Part shown: piece by piece, positions 21,130 to 31,281 of the stretch
Numbering within the stretch: position 1 is the first letter of the stretch
How the letters are laid out: each line of letters opens with the position of its first letter
Origin: an uncultured Chloroflexia bacterium
GTDB lineage: Bacteria > Chloroflexota > UBA6077 > JACCZL01
NCBI GenBank assembly: GCA_963765765.1
Contig: CAVXYC010000023.1
Span: forward strand, 419,927 to 483,926
Length of the DNA stretch: 64,000 bases
Reading direction: 5' to 3'
The notes under the pieces: generated by a model
Told to the model about the DNA's origin: nothing
Database searches by the model: none
Seen by the model: the letters and a program-made list of their open reading frames with translations, nothing else
Position numbers and translations under genes: made by a program

Positions 21130-22245
21130 AGCCCGGCGGTCCTGAAACCGGGTGACACGCTAACCGTCGCCCAACTCAATAGGGCCTTACTCGCTCGACA
21201 ACATCTGCTGATGCGTAGCCAATTGACGGCGGCCGAGATGATCGAGCATCTGGCTGGCATGCAGGCCCAGGTGCCCAACTCGCCGTACGTCGGCTTGTGG
21301 TCGCGCATCGAGCAATTCAAGGCGTCTGAGCTGGCGGACATGGTGAGGCAGCGCCAGGCCGTGAGGCTGTCGCTCATGCGCCAGACGTTGCATCTGGTCA
21401 CCGCGCGGGATTGTCTCTGGATGCGGCCCGTGATGCAGGCCACGCTGCATCATGGACTCTTCGTGGGCAGCGTGTTTCGACAGGGCCTTGTTAACGTCGA
21501 TATCGATGAGGTCGTCCAGCTTGGCCGATCGCTCGTCGAAGAGCGGCCTCTTACGATGACCGAAGTGCGCGCCGTGTTTAAGGAACGCTGGCCTGAGCGC
21601 AATGCCGAGTCGCTCGCGGCGGCGGTGTACTACCTGCTGCCGATGATCCAGGTGCCGCCCCGCGGGGTGTGGGGGCAAGGCGGACTGCCCCGCTGCACCA
21701 CAGCGGAATGCTGGCTTGGCCAACCGCTCTCCCAGGAGACCGAGCCGGACCCTCTTATCTTGCGCTATCTGGCGGCGTTCGGCCCCGCGACAGTGGCCGA
21801 CGTTCAAGCCTGGTCCGGGCTGCGCACCCTCAGCGAGCCGATCAATCGGCTTCGCCCGCTGCTGGTGACCTTCAAAGACGAGCGAGGACGGGAGTTGTTC
21901 GATATTCCGGATGGACCGCGACCGGACTCCAGCGTCGCGGCGCCTGTACGCTTTCTGCCAGAGTACGACAATCTTCTCCTGGCGTACGCGGACCGCTCAC
22001 GCGTCATACCGGAACACTTCCGCAGGATCATCTCGACGAGTCTGGGTCGTCCGACATTTCTGATGGATGGATTCGTCGCGGGGTTCTGGAATGTCTCTAA
22101 GGGCAAGCAGAACGCCACTCTCCAGATCGAGTCGTTGGACAAGCTTTCGAAGCGACACCAGGCGCAGCTCGATCGAGAGGGAAAAAGACTGCTTACGTTT
22201 ATCGCACCCGATGCTGCTAAGCAAACCGTTTTGTTCAATATATAA
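21127..22245 (+). CDS. AlkZ-family DNA glycosylase (HTH_42)
   Basis: LNRALLARQHLL, AGMQAQ (QxQ motif), LMRQTLHLV, RYLAAFGPATVADVQAWSG, RFLPEYDNLLL. Confidence 0.9.
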   Translation: MSPAVLKPGDTLTVAQLNRALLARQHLLMRSQLTAAEMIEHLAGMQAQVPNSPYVGLWSRIEQFKASELADMVRQRQAVRLSLMRQTLHLVTARDCLWMRPVMQATLHHGLFVGSVFRQGLVNVDIDEVVQLGRSLVEERPLTMTEVRAVFKERWPERNAESLAAAVYYLLPMIQVPPRGVWGQGGLPRCTTAECWLGQPLSQETEPDPLILRYLAAFGPATVADVQAWSGLRTLSEPINRLRPLLVTFKDERGRELFDIPDGPRPDSSVAAPVRFLPEYDNLLLAYADRSRVIPEHFRRIISTSLGRPTFLMDGFVAGFWNVSKGKQNATLQIESLDKLSKRHQAQLDREGKRLLTFIAPDAAKQTVLFNI

Positions 22246-22394
22246 GAACAAAATCGCTTGGCTCGGACGCTTCCCTTCACGACTGAGCCCGCGCGGACGT
22301 ACAGTGCTAGCACTAGCACCAAGCACGCAGGGGGCGATCGTACTCACGCGTCAGCTGTGGTTGCTCTAGCCTGGAAACCTCAGGAGGACCCGAC

Positions 22395-23710
22395 ATGTTG
22401 AGTCGAGAAGACAACGAGCTGCTGTGCCGCACCGGCCCCGGAACACCCATGGGCGAGCTGTTCCGCCGCTTCTGGCTGCCGGCCATGCTGGCCAGCGACC
22501 TGCCCGGCCCCGATTCTGAGCCCTGGCGCCTGCAGATCCTCGGCGAGCGGCTCGTCGCCTTTCGCGACACCAACGGCGAAGGTCGGCATCCTGGATCGGC
22601 ACTGCCCGCATCGGCTGGCCGACCTGTGGTTCGGCCGGAACGAGGAGAGCGGGCTGACTTGCGCCTACCACGGCTGGAAGTTCGACGTCGAGGGCAACAC
22701 GGTCAGCATGCCGACCGAACCGGCCGACAGCGACTTCAAGGAGCGCTTGAAGATCAAGAACTATCCGGCCAAGGAGTTCGGCGGGGTGGTGTGGGTCTAC
22801 ATGGGGCCCAAGGAGCTGGAGCCGGAGCTCCCGCAGTTCGAGTGGGCGCGAATTGCCGACGACCAGCGGTGCATTCGGAGCTGGATGCAGGAATCGAACT
22901 ATATGCAGGCGGCCGAGGGCGAGATCGACTCGGCTCACGTGAGCTTCAACCACCGCTGGTTCAATCCCGATGACCAGCCGGCCGGCGCTCCGCCAGACGA
23001 ACCGTACCAATACCAAAGGCACGGTGGTGAACTGGCAGGATGGCGCTCCGCGTCTCACTGTCAAGGAGACTGACTACGGGATGATGTACGGCTCTCGCCG
23101 CCAGACTGGTGACAATGAGTATTACTGGCGCTGCACGCAGTTCATGCTTCCGTTCTACAGTCTTATCCCCCAGCCAAAGTATCCCCGCGGCGGCCGCTGT
23201 TGGGTGCCGATGGACGACGAGCACTGCACTGTGTTCCAGTACAACCATCATCCCGATCGAGCGATGACGGAGCAGGAGCGCTTTCGGGCCAGCTCCAGTC
23301 CGGAGGGGCTCACCAAGCAGGTCTACAAGCTGCCCGGGGACCGCACGCTGATCGATTGCTGGCGCCCGCGCCGTATCCGCGACAACGATTACTTGATCGA
23401 TCGCGAGATGCAGCGCACCCAGAACTTCACCGGCATTGCCTCAGGTCGAGAGCAGGACATGGCGATGACGGATGGGATGGGCTTCATTCCGGAGCGCTGG
23501 CGGGAGCACCTCGGGACTACCGATGTCGCAATCATCGCCGCGCGTAGGATTCTTCTGAAGGCTGCGCGCGACCTTCAGAACGGCATCGAGCCATACGCGC
23601 CACACCATGGCGACCTCTATCATATTCGTCCGATCGACGTGATCAGCGAAGACGATGAGTTCGATGCGCTGCTGGAGCGGCACGGAGATATGGCAGCGGC
23701 GCGCATCTAG
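22395..23710 (+). CDS. Rieske non-heme iron oxygenase (phthalate 4,5-dioxygenase/LigX-like), frameshifted
   Basis: TGPGTPMGELFRRFW, CPHR...CAYHGWKFD Rieske motif, EGEIDSAHVSFNH, EHLGTTDVAII. Confidence 0.88.
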
Positions 23711-23716
23711 AATAGT

Positions 23717-23803
23717 TACAAATGCAAAATGCAAAGTGGCGGCCGCGAGAATCCACGCTATTTGTGGTTCCCACTTTTAACTTTGCACTTTGACTTTTGA
23801 ACT
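23717..23803. repeat. Inverted heptamer-repeat element between convergent genes
   Basis: CAAATGCAAAATGCAAAGTG ... CACTTTTAACTTTGCACTTTGACTTTTGAACT. Confidence 0.65.
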
Positions 23804-23806
23804 CGC

Positions 23807-24338
23807 TTAGATCAGTCCCGCGATCGCAAGCAGTGCTCCCACCGCCATGACCGGTACTGGATGGATGTTGCCGAAGCGCATGAAGACGACCAGGCTGATG
23901 CCGGTCACGAGCAGTGCTGGCGGCCGATGCGTTCGCGCCGGTGGCGACGATAAATCCGCTGGCCACCATGAGCCCCACGGCAATTGGCGCGAGTCCGCGC
24001 TGAATACGCATCAGCCAAGGCTTGACTGAGTCGCGCCGGCCCAGGCGATAGGCCGCGTACGCCAGGATGGACGACGGCAGCACCACGGCAACGGCCGCCA
24101 CCACCGCGCCCACCCAGCCGGCTACTCGCCAGCCGATCAGGCTCACAACCATTGCGTTCGGTCCTGGCGACATCTGGGCGATGGCGTATACGGCGGCGAA
24201 TTCCTCATTCGTTAGCCAGCCGTGTCCACCCACGGTCTGACGATTCAGCTCTGGAATGATCGTGTTGGCGCCGCCCACGGCAACCAGCGAGAGCGGTGCG
24301 ATAATGAGGACGAGCTGTAGCAGGACGGACGTGTTCAT
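23807..24338 (-). CDS. Short-chain chromate transporter (ChrA family) subunit, 3' frameshift
   Basis: AVGGANTIIPE, AIAQMSPGPN. Confidence 0.85.
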
Positions 24339-24905
24339 CTCGGCTCCATCTTCCAGGCGACGGCCATGCTGAGCGGACCCAACACCAGCAGCACTGGAAT
24401 GAGCGGCAGCCGCGCGATACCAACGCTGATGAACGCCAGCACGGCCATGCCGATGGCCCAGTACTCATGGCGGAACGGCTTGATGAGCTTGAGCCCGTTT
24501 GTCAGCATGAACCCTGCAACCACTGCCGCGGCGCCACGCAAGCCCGGTACGCACAAGGTCCAGCTCAGCACCACGATCGTAGAGGGCCCCGAGGATCATC
24601 ATGATGATCACCGGCGGGCCACAGAACCCAAGTATCGCTACGATTGAGCCGATCGGCCCGTGTGTCATGGCACCGATCCAGACGGTCATGTTGATGATGT
24701 TGCCGCCGGGCAGCACCTGGCACACGCCCAGCATCTCCCCGAATTCGCGATCGGTGAGCCACCTGCGCTTGTCGACCAGCACGCGGCGAGCCCACGCCAG
24801 CGCCCCACCAAAGCTCGAGAGCGTGATCTCGAGATACGTAAGAAATAGATCGATCAGTCGGACCCCCGCCAGGCCCGTGTGCGGCACCGTACCCTCGGCC
24901 ATCAT
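24335..24905 (-). CDS. Short-chain chromate transporter (ChrA family) subunit, frameshifted
   Basis: SSFGGALAWARRVLVDKRRWL, CQVLPGGN; overlaps partner gene by 4 bp. Confidence 0.85.
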
Positions 24906-25016
24906 CCCTCCAGCCGATGGGGATTGTAACGGTGACGCGCTCCAGACGATTGCGGATCGACCATGATTGGTCTACGCTCCATCGTGCAGTCCACTCGCGC
25001 CAGAAGGGGAGAGGTC

Positions 25017-25574
25017 ATGTTCAAGCTCGAGCGCTTTATCGAAAAATGTCATGACGCGCTGAGAGAACAGAGTCCTCAAGCAGCGATGAACGAGCTCATG
25101 CGGCAAACGGTATTGGAACCCGCCGGGGTAGCAGCCGAGCTGGGTGAGCCTACCGAGGGAGGTATCACCGTTCTGCACCGTTCCGCGGAGCTCACCGTTC
25201 TCAATGTGGTTTGGGCGCCTGACATGTCAGTCAATCCGCACAATCACTGCATGTGGGCGGTCATCGGCGTGTATGGCGGCACCGAAGACAACACCTTTTT
25301 CCGACGTGCCGGCGTTGGGTTCGAGCAAGTTGGCGGCAGGTCAATCGAGGAGCGTGATACGTTGACCCTCGGCGAGCATGGTATTCATGCCGTTCGCAAC
25401 TCGCTCACGCAACTCACCGGCGGCCTCCATGTCTACGGCGGCGATTTTCTTGGCGCGGATCGTCGAATATGGGACCCAGAGACGTGGGAAGAAAGCGCCT
25501 ACGATCCCCAGAGGACGATGCGACAGTTCACCGAAGCAAATGAGCGCTGGGCGGCGAAGCAAGGTCAGACCTAG
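25017..25574 (+). CDS. Cysteine dioxygenase-like cupin
   Basis: PHNHCMWAVIGVYGGTEDN, IHAV, LHVYGGDF. Confidence 0.8.
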   Translation: MFKLERFIEKCHDALREQSPQAAMNELMRQTVLEPAGVAAELGEPTEGGITVLHRSAELTVLNVVWAPDMSVNPHNHCMWAVIGVYGGTEDNTFFRRAGVGFEQVGGRSIEERDTLTLGEHGIHAVRNSLTQLTGGLHVYGGDFLGADRRIWDPETWEESAYDPQRTMRQFTEANERWAAKQGQT

Positions 25575-25804
25575 ACGGGCACTGGGACCGCCGACATCCT
25601 GTCGGCTCGGCCCATCGCAGGGCCGCCTCAAGTGAATCAGGCAGCAGATGTTGTGGCCACCGCGATCCGTCCCCTCAGGGGCCGGGCCGACAAGATGTCG
25701 GCGGTCCCAGCGGGTGCGGCGGCGCTCTGCATCTGATCGTTCCACTGCTAGACTAGTAGCACGCGACCACGCTCAACGAAGATCGCGCTTAGCGGAGGGC
25801 AGGC

Positions 25805-26893
25805 ATGAAGTTCGGAACGTTCCACTTGCTCCAGTGGCACGAGGGTAAGAGCCAGGCGCAGGTATTCAAGGAGACGGTGGAGTTGGTGAAGCTCTCGGAG
25901 GAGCTTGGGTTTGACTCAGTCTGGCTGGCCGACCACCACTTCTCCCGCTACGGTCTCGGCTCGTCGGTGCTCACCATTGCCTCGCACCTGGCGGGCGTGA
26001 CTTCCAAGCTGAAGATCGGCACCGCCGTCGTCGTTCTGCCCTTCTACAACCCCCTGACCGTGGCCGAGGTCGCCGCGACCGTAGACAACTTGAGCGACGG
26101 TCGACTGATCCTCGGGGTTGGGCGCGGCTACCAGTGGTCCGAGTTTCACCGACACAACGTGCCGTTTGAGGAGTCGCGCGATCGGTTCGACGAGGCGCTG
26201 GAGATCATTCTGCGCGCCTGGACCGAAGAGGAGCTGAACTATCAGGGCAAGTTCTGGCAGATCAACGGCGCTGAAGTACTGCCCAAGCCGATTCAGAAGC
26301 CGCATCCGCCTATTGCCGTGGCCACTCTCTCACAGGATGGTTTCCGCAACGCCGCGCGACGCGGCCAGAGCGTGATCTGTGGCGGGTCCACCGGAACTGT
26401 CGCGGGAATTACTCAGAACCTGGCGCTATATCGCGATTCGCTGGCTAGCGCCGGCTTTGCCTACGATCCCGGCAGCGTCATCATCTCCCGTCCGGTCTAC
26501 GTTGGCCGCACGCGAGAAGAGGCAAAGGCCGTCGCCGGCGGAGCAGAGCGCCTGAACTGGTTCCTGGACGCTCAGCGTCGCGTGGCTCTGCCACCGGCGG
26601 ATCGATGGGACTTGGTGCCGGAGAAGGAGCGCCCAGTCATCGAGCGCATGCGCTGGCGCAGCGAGCTGACCTGGGATGAAGCGTTCGATACGATGGGCAT
26701 TTCAGGCTCACCCGACGACTGTATCCAGCAGCTTGAAGAGCTGGACGGCATCGTGGGCGGCCTCGAGACGCTGATCTGCAGCTTCGCCTTGGGCGGCTTT
26801 GATTTCAAACAGACGGCTGCGTCGATGGAGCTGTTTGCCAGAGAAGTGATGCCGAGGTTTGCTGAGAGGCCGTTAGCCACTGCGGCCGGTTAA
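25805..26893 (+). CDS. LLM-class flavin-dependent monooxygenase
   Basis: GFDSVWLADHHF, DNLSDGRLILGVGRGY, PKPIQKPHPP. Confidence 0.92.
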   Translation: MKFGTFHLLQWHEGKSQAQVFKETVELVKLSEELGFDSVWLADHHFSRYGLGSSVLTIASHLAGVTSKLKIGTAVVVLPFYNPLTVAEVAATVDNLSDGRLILGVGRGYQWSEFHRHNVPFEESRDRFDEALEIILRAWTEEELNYQGKFWQINGAEVLPKPIQKPHPPIAVATLSQDGFRNAARRGQSVICGGSTGTVAGITQNLALYRDSLASAGFAYDPGSVIISRPVYVGRTREEAKAVAGGAERLNWFLDAQRRVALPPADRWDLVPEKERPVIERMRWRSELTWDEAFDTMGISGSPDDCIQQLEELDGIVGGLETLICSFALGGFDFKQTAASMELFAREVMPRFAERPLATAAG

Positions 26894-26914
26894 GTTGTAG
26901 GCGCTCGCCTGAGA

Positions 26915-26959
26915 TCCCACCCCAGCCCTCCCCGCGCACGGAGAGGGCTGGGGTGGGGT
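26915..26959. repeat. Palindromic hairpin between convergent genes
   Basis: CCCACCCCAGCCCTC...GAGGGCTGGGGTGGG. Confidence 0.55.
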
Positions 26960-26980
26960 CCTCGCTGCGTCTTGGAAGTG

Positions 26981-28174
26981 CTATTTAAAGAAGATCTTGT
27001 CCATGGCCTCAACGTACTCGTTGGAGTTCTCAATCTGCTCCGCGGTACGTTGTTTCGGTTTCACTTCGGCGGCCGAGGGCCAACCCGCGGGTGGTGGCGC
27101 GCCGGGCAGTACGCCATAGACGCCGACCTTCTCGCCCAGGATCTTCTGGCCCTCCTCAGAGAGGGCAAAGCTTATCCACAGCTTGGCCACGTCCTGCCCG
27201 GGCGCGTTCTTCACCAGGCCCACGTTGCTGATGACGCCCGTGGTGCTGCCCTCACGCAGCCAGACGATCTTGACCGGCGCGTTCTTCTCCAATCCGAGAA
27301 TCTCGCTGGTTACGTTGACGGGTAGAAAGAGCGCGTACTCCCCGCGCGCCACCTGCGGCGGCGCGGCGTCGCGGTCGCGCACGAACGTCGGCTCCTGGGC
27401 TTTGAGCTTCTCCATCCACTCCTGCCCGAGGTCGTCATAGGTGACAGTGAACCAATCCGTGCCCGGGCCATTCCCCCGAGGATCCTCGAACAGCAGCTTG
27501 CCCTTACCCTTCCAGAACGGATCCAGCAAGTCCTCGCGTTTGGTGGGTATCTTGTCTGCCGGAACCAGGCTGGTGTTTACGACGACGCCGAACATGTTCT
27601 GGCTCACCGCGATGCGAGCTTTTGACGGAGGAATAGTCTGAGGTAGCAGATCCCTGGTTGGCGGACCCTCCCACTCGACGAAGTAGCCCTGCTGATCCAT
27701 GCCGTAGAGCGAAGTTGCGCCACCCCACACGACGTTGGCGATGTGCCTGCCGCTAGCCGTTTCCGCACCGATGCGCTGGAACGTCTCGATACCGCGGAGA
27801 TTGACCGACTCAGCGGATGTCCCCGGGAATTTTTGTTTGAACGCTTCGATGAACGGCTGGTACTCGGGACCCGGGCCATACTGGACGACGTTCATTTCAC
27901 CTGAGGCACGCGCCTTCTGGTAGTACTCATCCAGCTTTGCCGCGACCGGGTCTGATTTGGTCGCCGCGGCTGGCGCTGCTTTCTCGGCCGGTTTCTCCGC
28001 GGCGGGGGCTGGCTTCTCGGCCGCCGGTTTTTCAGCGGCGGTTGTCGGAGCGGCCGCAGGCTTAGCCGGCGCGGCGGTTGGCGAAGGCGCCGCGGCTGGA
28101 GCGCATGCCGCGATCAGCAGGGTGCTCGCCGTTGCCAGACCGAATATGTTCCAGAGCAAGTGGGTGCGGGACAT
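26981..28174 (-). CDS. ABC transporter substrate-binding lipoprotein (Fe(III)/family-6-like)
   Basis: Lipobox IAAC, Ala/Pro/Lys linker, DLLDPFWKGK, VARGEY, AKLWISFALSEEGQ. Confidence 0.85.
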   Translation of the reverse strand: MSRTHLLWNIFGLATASTLLIAACAPAAAPSPTAAPAKPAAAPTTAAEKPAAEKPAPAAEKPAEKAAPAAATKSDPVAAKLDEYYQKARASGEMNVVQYGPGPEYQPFIEAFKQKFPGTSAESVNLRGIETFQRIGAETASGRHIANVVWGGATSLYGMDQQGYFVEWEGPPTRDLLPQTIPPSKARIAVSQNMFGVVVNTSLVPADKIPTKREDLLDPFWKGKGKLLFEDPRGNGPGTDWFTVTYDDLGQEWMEKLKAQEPTFVRDRDAAPPQVARGEYALFLPVNVTSEILGLEKNAPVKIVWLREGSTTGVISNVGLVKNAPGQDVAKLWISFALSEEGQKILGEKVGVYGVLPGAPPPAGWPSAAEVKPKQRTAEQIENSNEYVEAMDKIFFK

Positions 28175-28333
28175 GGCTTGATCCCTCCTACGGTCACTAT
28201 TAGGCATCCAACGGCGCAAGAATGCAACTAATGGCGAGGAACCCGAGAGGGGGTCCCTCTCGGCAGCTCCGGAACCGAGAAAAAACTGGCGCCCCAGATG
28301 GAGCGCCAGTCGATCAGATCATCGTCAGAGACT

Positions 28334-29515
28334 CTACTTGAAGAACGTCTTGTCCATGATCTCAACGTACTCGTTCGATTTTTCAATCTGCTCAGCGCTA
28401 CGTTGCTGCGGCTTGACTTCCGCGGCTGTGGGCCAGCCCTCGGGCGGTGGGGAACCGGGCAGTACGCCGTAGACGCCCACCTTCTCACCGAGGACCTTCT
28501 GGCCCTCCTCTGAGAGCCACCAGCTGATCCACAGCTTGGCCACGTCCTGACCCGGTGCATTCTTTACCAGGCCGATGTTGTTAGTCACGCCCGTGGCGCC
28601 ACCATCGCGCAGCCAGAACACTTTGACGGGCGCGCTCTTCTCCATGGCCAAGATTTCGGTGGTCACATTGACGGGCAGGAAGAGCGCGTACTCACCACGT
28701 GCCACCTGGGGTGGTGCGGCATCGCGATCGCGAATGAACGTGGGATCCTGGGCTTTGATATTGTCCAGCCACTCCTGCTTCAGGTTGTCGTAGGTGATGG
28801 TGAAGAAATCCGTGCCGGGTCCGCCGGCGCGCGGGTCCTCGAACAGCAGCTTGCCCTTGCCCTTCCAGAACGGATCCGTCAGCTCCTGCCGCGATGTCGG
28901 GATCTTGTCAGCCGGGACCTGGTCCGTATTCACAATGATCCCGTACATGCTTTGGCTCACGGCATAGCGGACCTTCGAAGCCGGGATGGTCGAAGGCAGC
29001 AGATCTTTCGTGGGCGGCCCCTCCCACTCCACGAAGTAGCCTTGCTGGTCCATGCCAAAGAGAGACGTAGCCCCGCCGCTGACCACGTTGGCGATGTGCT
29101 TGCCGCTGGCGGTTTCGGCGCTGATGCGCTGGAACGTCTCCACACCGCGTAGATTTACCGTCTCAGCCGAGGTACCGGGGAACTTTTGCTTGAACGCCTC
29201 CACCATCGGCGCGTATTCGGGCCCTGGGCCATAGTGGGTGATGTTCATCTCACCCGAGGCACGCGCCTTCTGGTAGTACTCGTCCAGCTTCGCCGCGCCG
29301 GAGTCGGCCTTACTCTGCGGTGCCGGAGCGGCTTTCTCGGCGGCTGGCTTTGCCTCGGCGGGCGCCTTTTCGGCCGCGGCGGTCGTGGGCGCCGCGGCCG
29401 GCTTAGCCGGTGCGGCCGTTGGTGAAGGCGCCGCCGCGGGCGCGCATGCCGCAATCAGCAATGTGCTCGCCGTTGCGACACCGAGCAGCCTGCGTATTGC
29501 GCGAGACAGTGACAT
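28334..29515 (-). CDS. ABC transporter substrate-binding lipoprotein (tandem paralogue)
   Basis: Highly similar along its length to 26981-28174. Confidence 0.85.
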   Translation of the reverse strand: MSLSRAIRRLLGVATASTLLIAACAPAAAPSPTAAPAKPAAAPTTAAAEKAPAEAKPAAEKAAPAPQSKADSGAAKLDEYYQKARASGEMNITHYGPGPEYAPMVEAFKQKFPGTSAETVNLRGVETFQRISAETASGKHIANVVSGGATSLFGMDQQGYFVEWEGPPTKDLLPSTIPASKVRYAVSQSMYGIIVNTDQVPADKIPTSRQELTDPFWKGKGKLLFEDPRAGGPGTDFFTITYDNLKQEWLDNIKAQDPTFIRDRDAAPPQVARGEYALFLPVNVTTEILAMEKSAPVKVFWLRDGGATGVTNNIGLVKNAPGQDVAKLWISWWLSEEGQKVLGEKVGVYGVLPGSPPPEGWPTAAEVKPQQRSAEQIEKSNEYVEIMDKTFFK

Positions 29516-29683
29516 GGCCTGATTTCCTCCTGAGAGCCTGGAAATCTCCAGGCTAGGGGCTATGTCACATTAAGCATCGATTGTCTGAGGATTGCAAATA
29601 AAAGAGGTGGATCGCCCACGCCGGCCAGCCTCATGCGACCCCCTCAGTTGACGTGGGCCGAGGCTCGCCACATAGTAGGGTGC

Positions 29684-30691
29684 ATGGACCCAATCCCGCG
29701 CCACAGGCGCCGCCACTTCATCCAGGTCAGCTTGGCCCTGGCCGGGTGCGGCCTGCTGGGCGGTTGCGGGGTCCCGCCGCCCGGGGCGCGGCCCCCGCGG
29801 ATCGGCCATGTGTCGGCCGGCACCCCAGCTCCGGAATCCCGGGCGGCGTTCCGCGACCAGTTGCGCGACCTCGGCTACGCGGATGGCCGGAACATCGTCA
29901 TCGAGGAGCGGGTCGCCGACGGGCGACTGGAGCCCCTGCCCGCTATGATGGCCGAGCTGGTCCGTCTGCCCGTGGATGTCATCGTGACGGCGGGCACGCC
30001 GGCGACTCTGGCCGCTCGGGACGCGACCGACACGATCCCGATCGTGCAGGTATCGGGCACGGTCGATCTCGTCCGGGACGGGGCCCTGGCCAGCTTCGCG
30101 CGGCCGGGCGGCAACGTGACCGGCCTCGCCACGATCGGCGACGAGCTCACCGCCAAGCGGCTCGACCTGCTCGGGCAGGCGGTCCCGGGGCTCCGCCGCG
30201 TGGCCGTGCTCGGGAATCAGGCCGGCCGGTCCACGGCAGTGTCCTGGCAGGAGGCGGAGGCCGCGGCGCGGGGTTCGGGGGTCGACGTGCAACCGCTGGA
30301 GGTCCGCGGCCCCGAGGAGCTCGAGGGCCTCATGGCGGAGGCGCGCGCCGGGGGCACGCCCAGGGGCTCCTCCTGCTGATCGACCCGTTCACCGTCGCCC
30401 ACCGGGCACGCATCGCGGGACTGGCGCGGGCGTATCAGCTGCCGTCGAGCTTTGATCGGAGGGAGTTCGCAGTCGACGGTGGCCTGATGAGCTACGGGCC
30501 CGACTACACCGATATGCACCGTCGCGGTGCGGTGTACGTGGACAAGATCCTGAAGGGGGCCCTGGCAGGCCGACCTGCCGATGGAGCGGCCGACGACCTT
30601 TGACCTCATTATCAATCTCGCGACCGCCGAGGCCCTCGGGCTTACCATGCCCCAGTCCGTGTTGCAGCAGGCCACCGAGCTCATCCAGTAA
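29684..30691 (+). CDS. ABC_sub_bind (PF04392-like) substrate-binding protein, copy 1, frameshifted
   Basis: RRRHF N-terminus, ASFARPGGNVTGL, GGLMSYGPD, YVDKILKGA, MERPTTFDLIINL. Confidence 0.85.
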
Positions 30692-30925
30692 AACTCAGCC
30701 GACGTGGGCCCCAGTTCGCTCTCACGCCCCTTCAATCCACCGGCTAATCCGCGCTTCACGGACTGCTCGCACGTGCGCACGGCGAGACCATAGCGGTCCG
30801 AATCGCATGAATCCGCCGAACCGGCGCCGGGGCGCAGGGAATCTTCCAAGGAGTTGACGCAGAGTATCCCGGCCCGGTCCGACGCGTTACAGTCGGGGCC
30901 GGAGCGAACCAGGGGGACAGCGCGC

Positions 30926-31220
30926 ATGGCATCCCACCCGCGATGGCAGGAGGCCAGCGGGAACGTCGCCGAAGTGTACCAGCGACATCTTGTCCCGGCC
31001 ATGTTCGCCACCTGGGCACCGACGCTGATCGACCTGGCCGGTGTGCGGCCAGGGCGAGCGCGTTCTCGACGTGGCCTGCGGCACCGGCGTAGTGATCGCC
31101 TGGTCGCCACGCGGGGCGGGAGCGGGGGCGGGTGGTGGGGCTGGACGTCAGCGCGGCGATGCTGGCGGTCGGCCGCTCGTTGCCGGTCGTCGAGGGCGCG
31201 CCCATCGAGTGGTTGGCAGA
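30926..31220 (+). pseudogene. Class I SAM methyltransferase N-terminal fragment
   Basis: EVYQRHLVPAMF, ERVLDVACGTGVV, VGLDVSAAML; similarity ends after PIEW. Confidence 0.7.
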
Positions 31221-31281
31221 TTTGACATCTGTTGGCTCTGCGCAATGGCGCCATAGCGCGGAGATTGGCGCTGCGTCGCTT

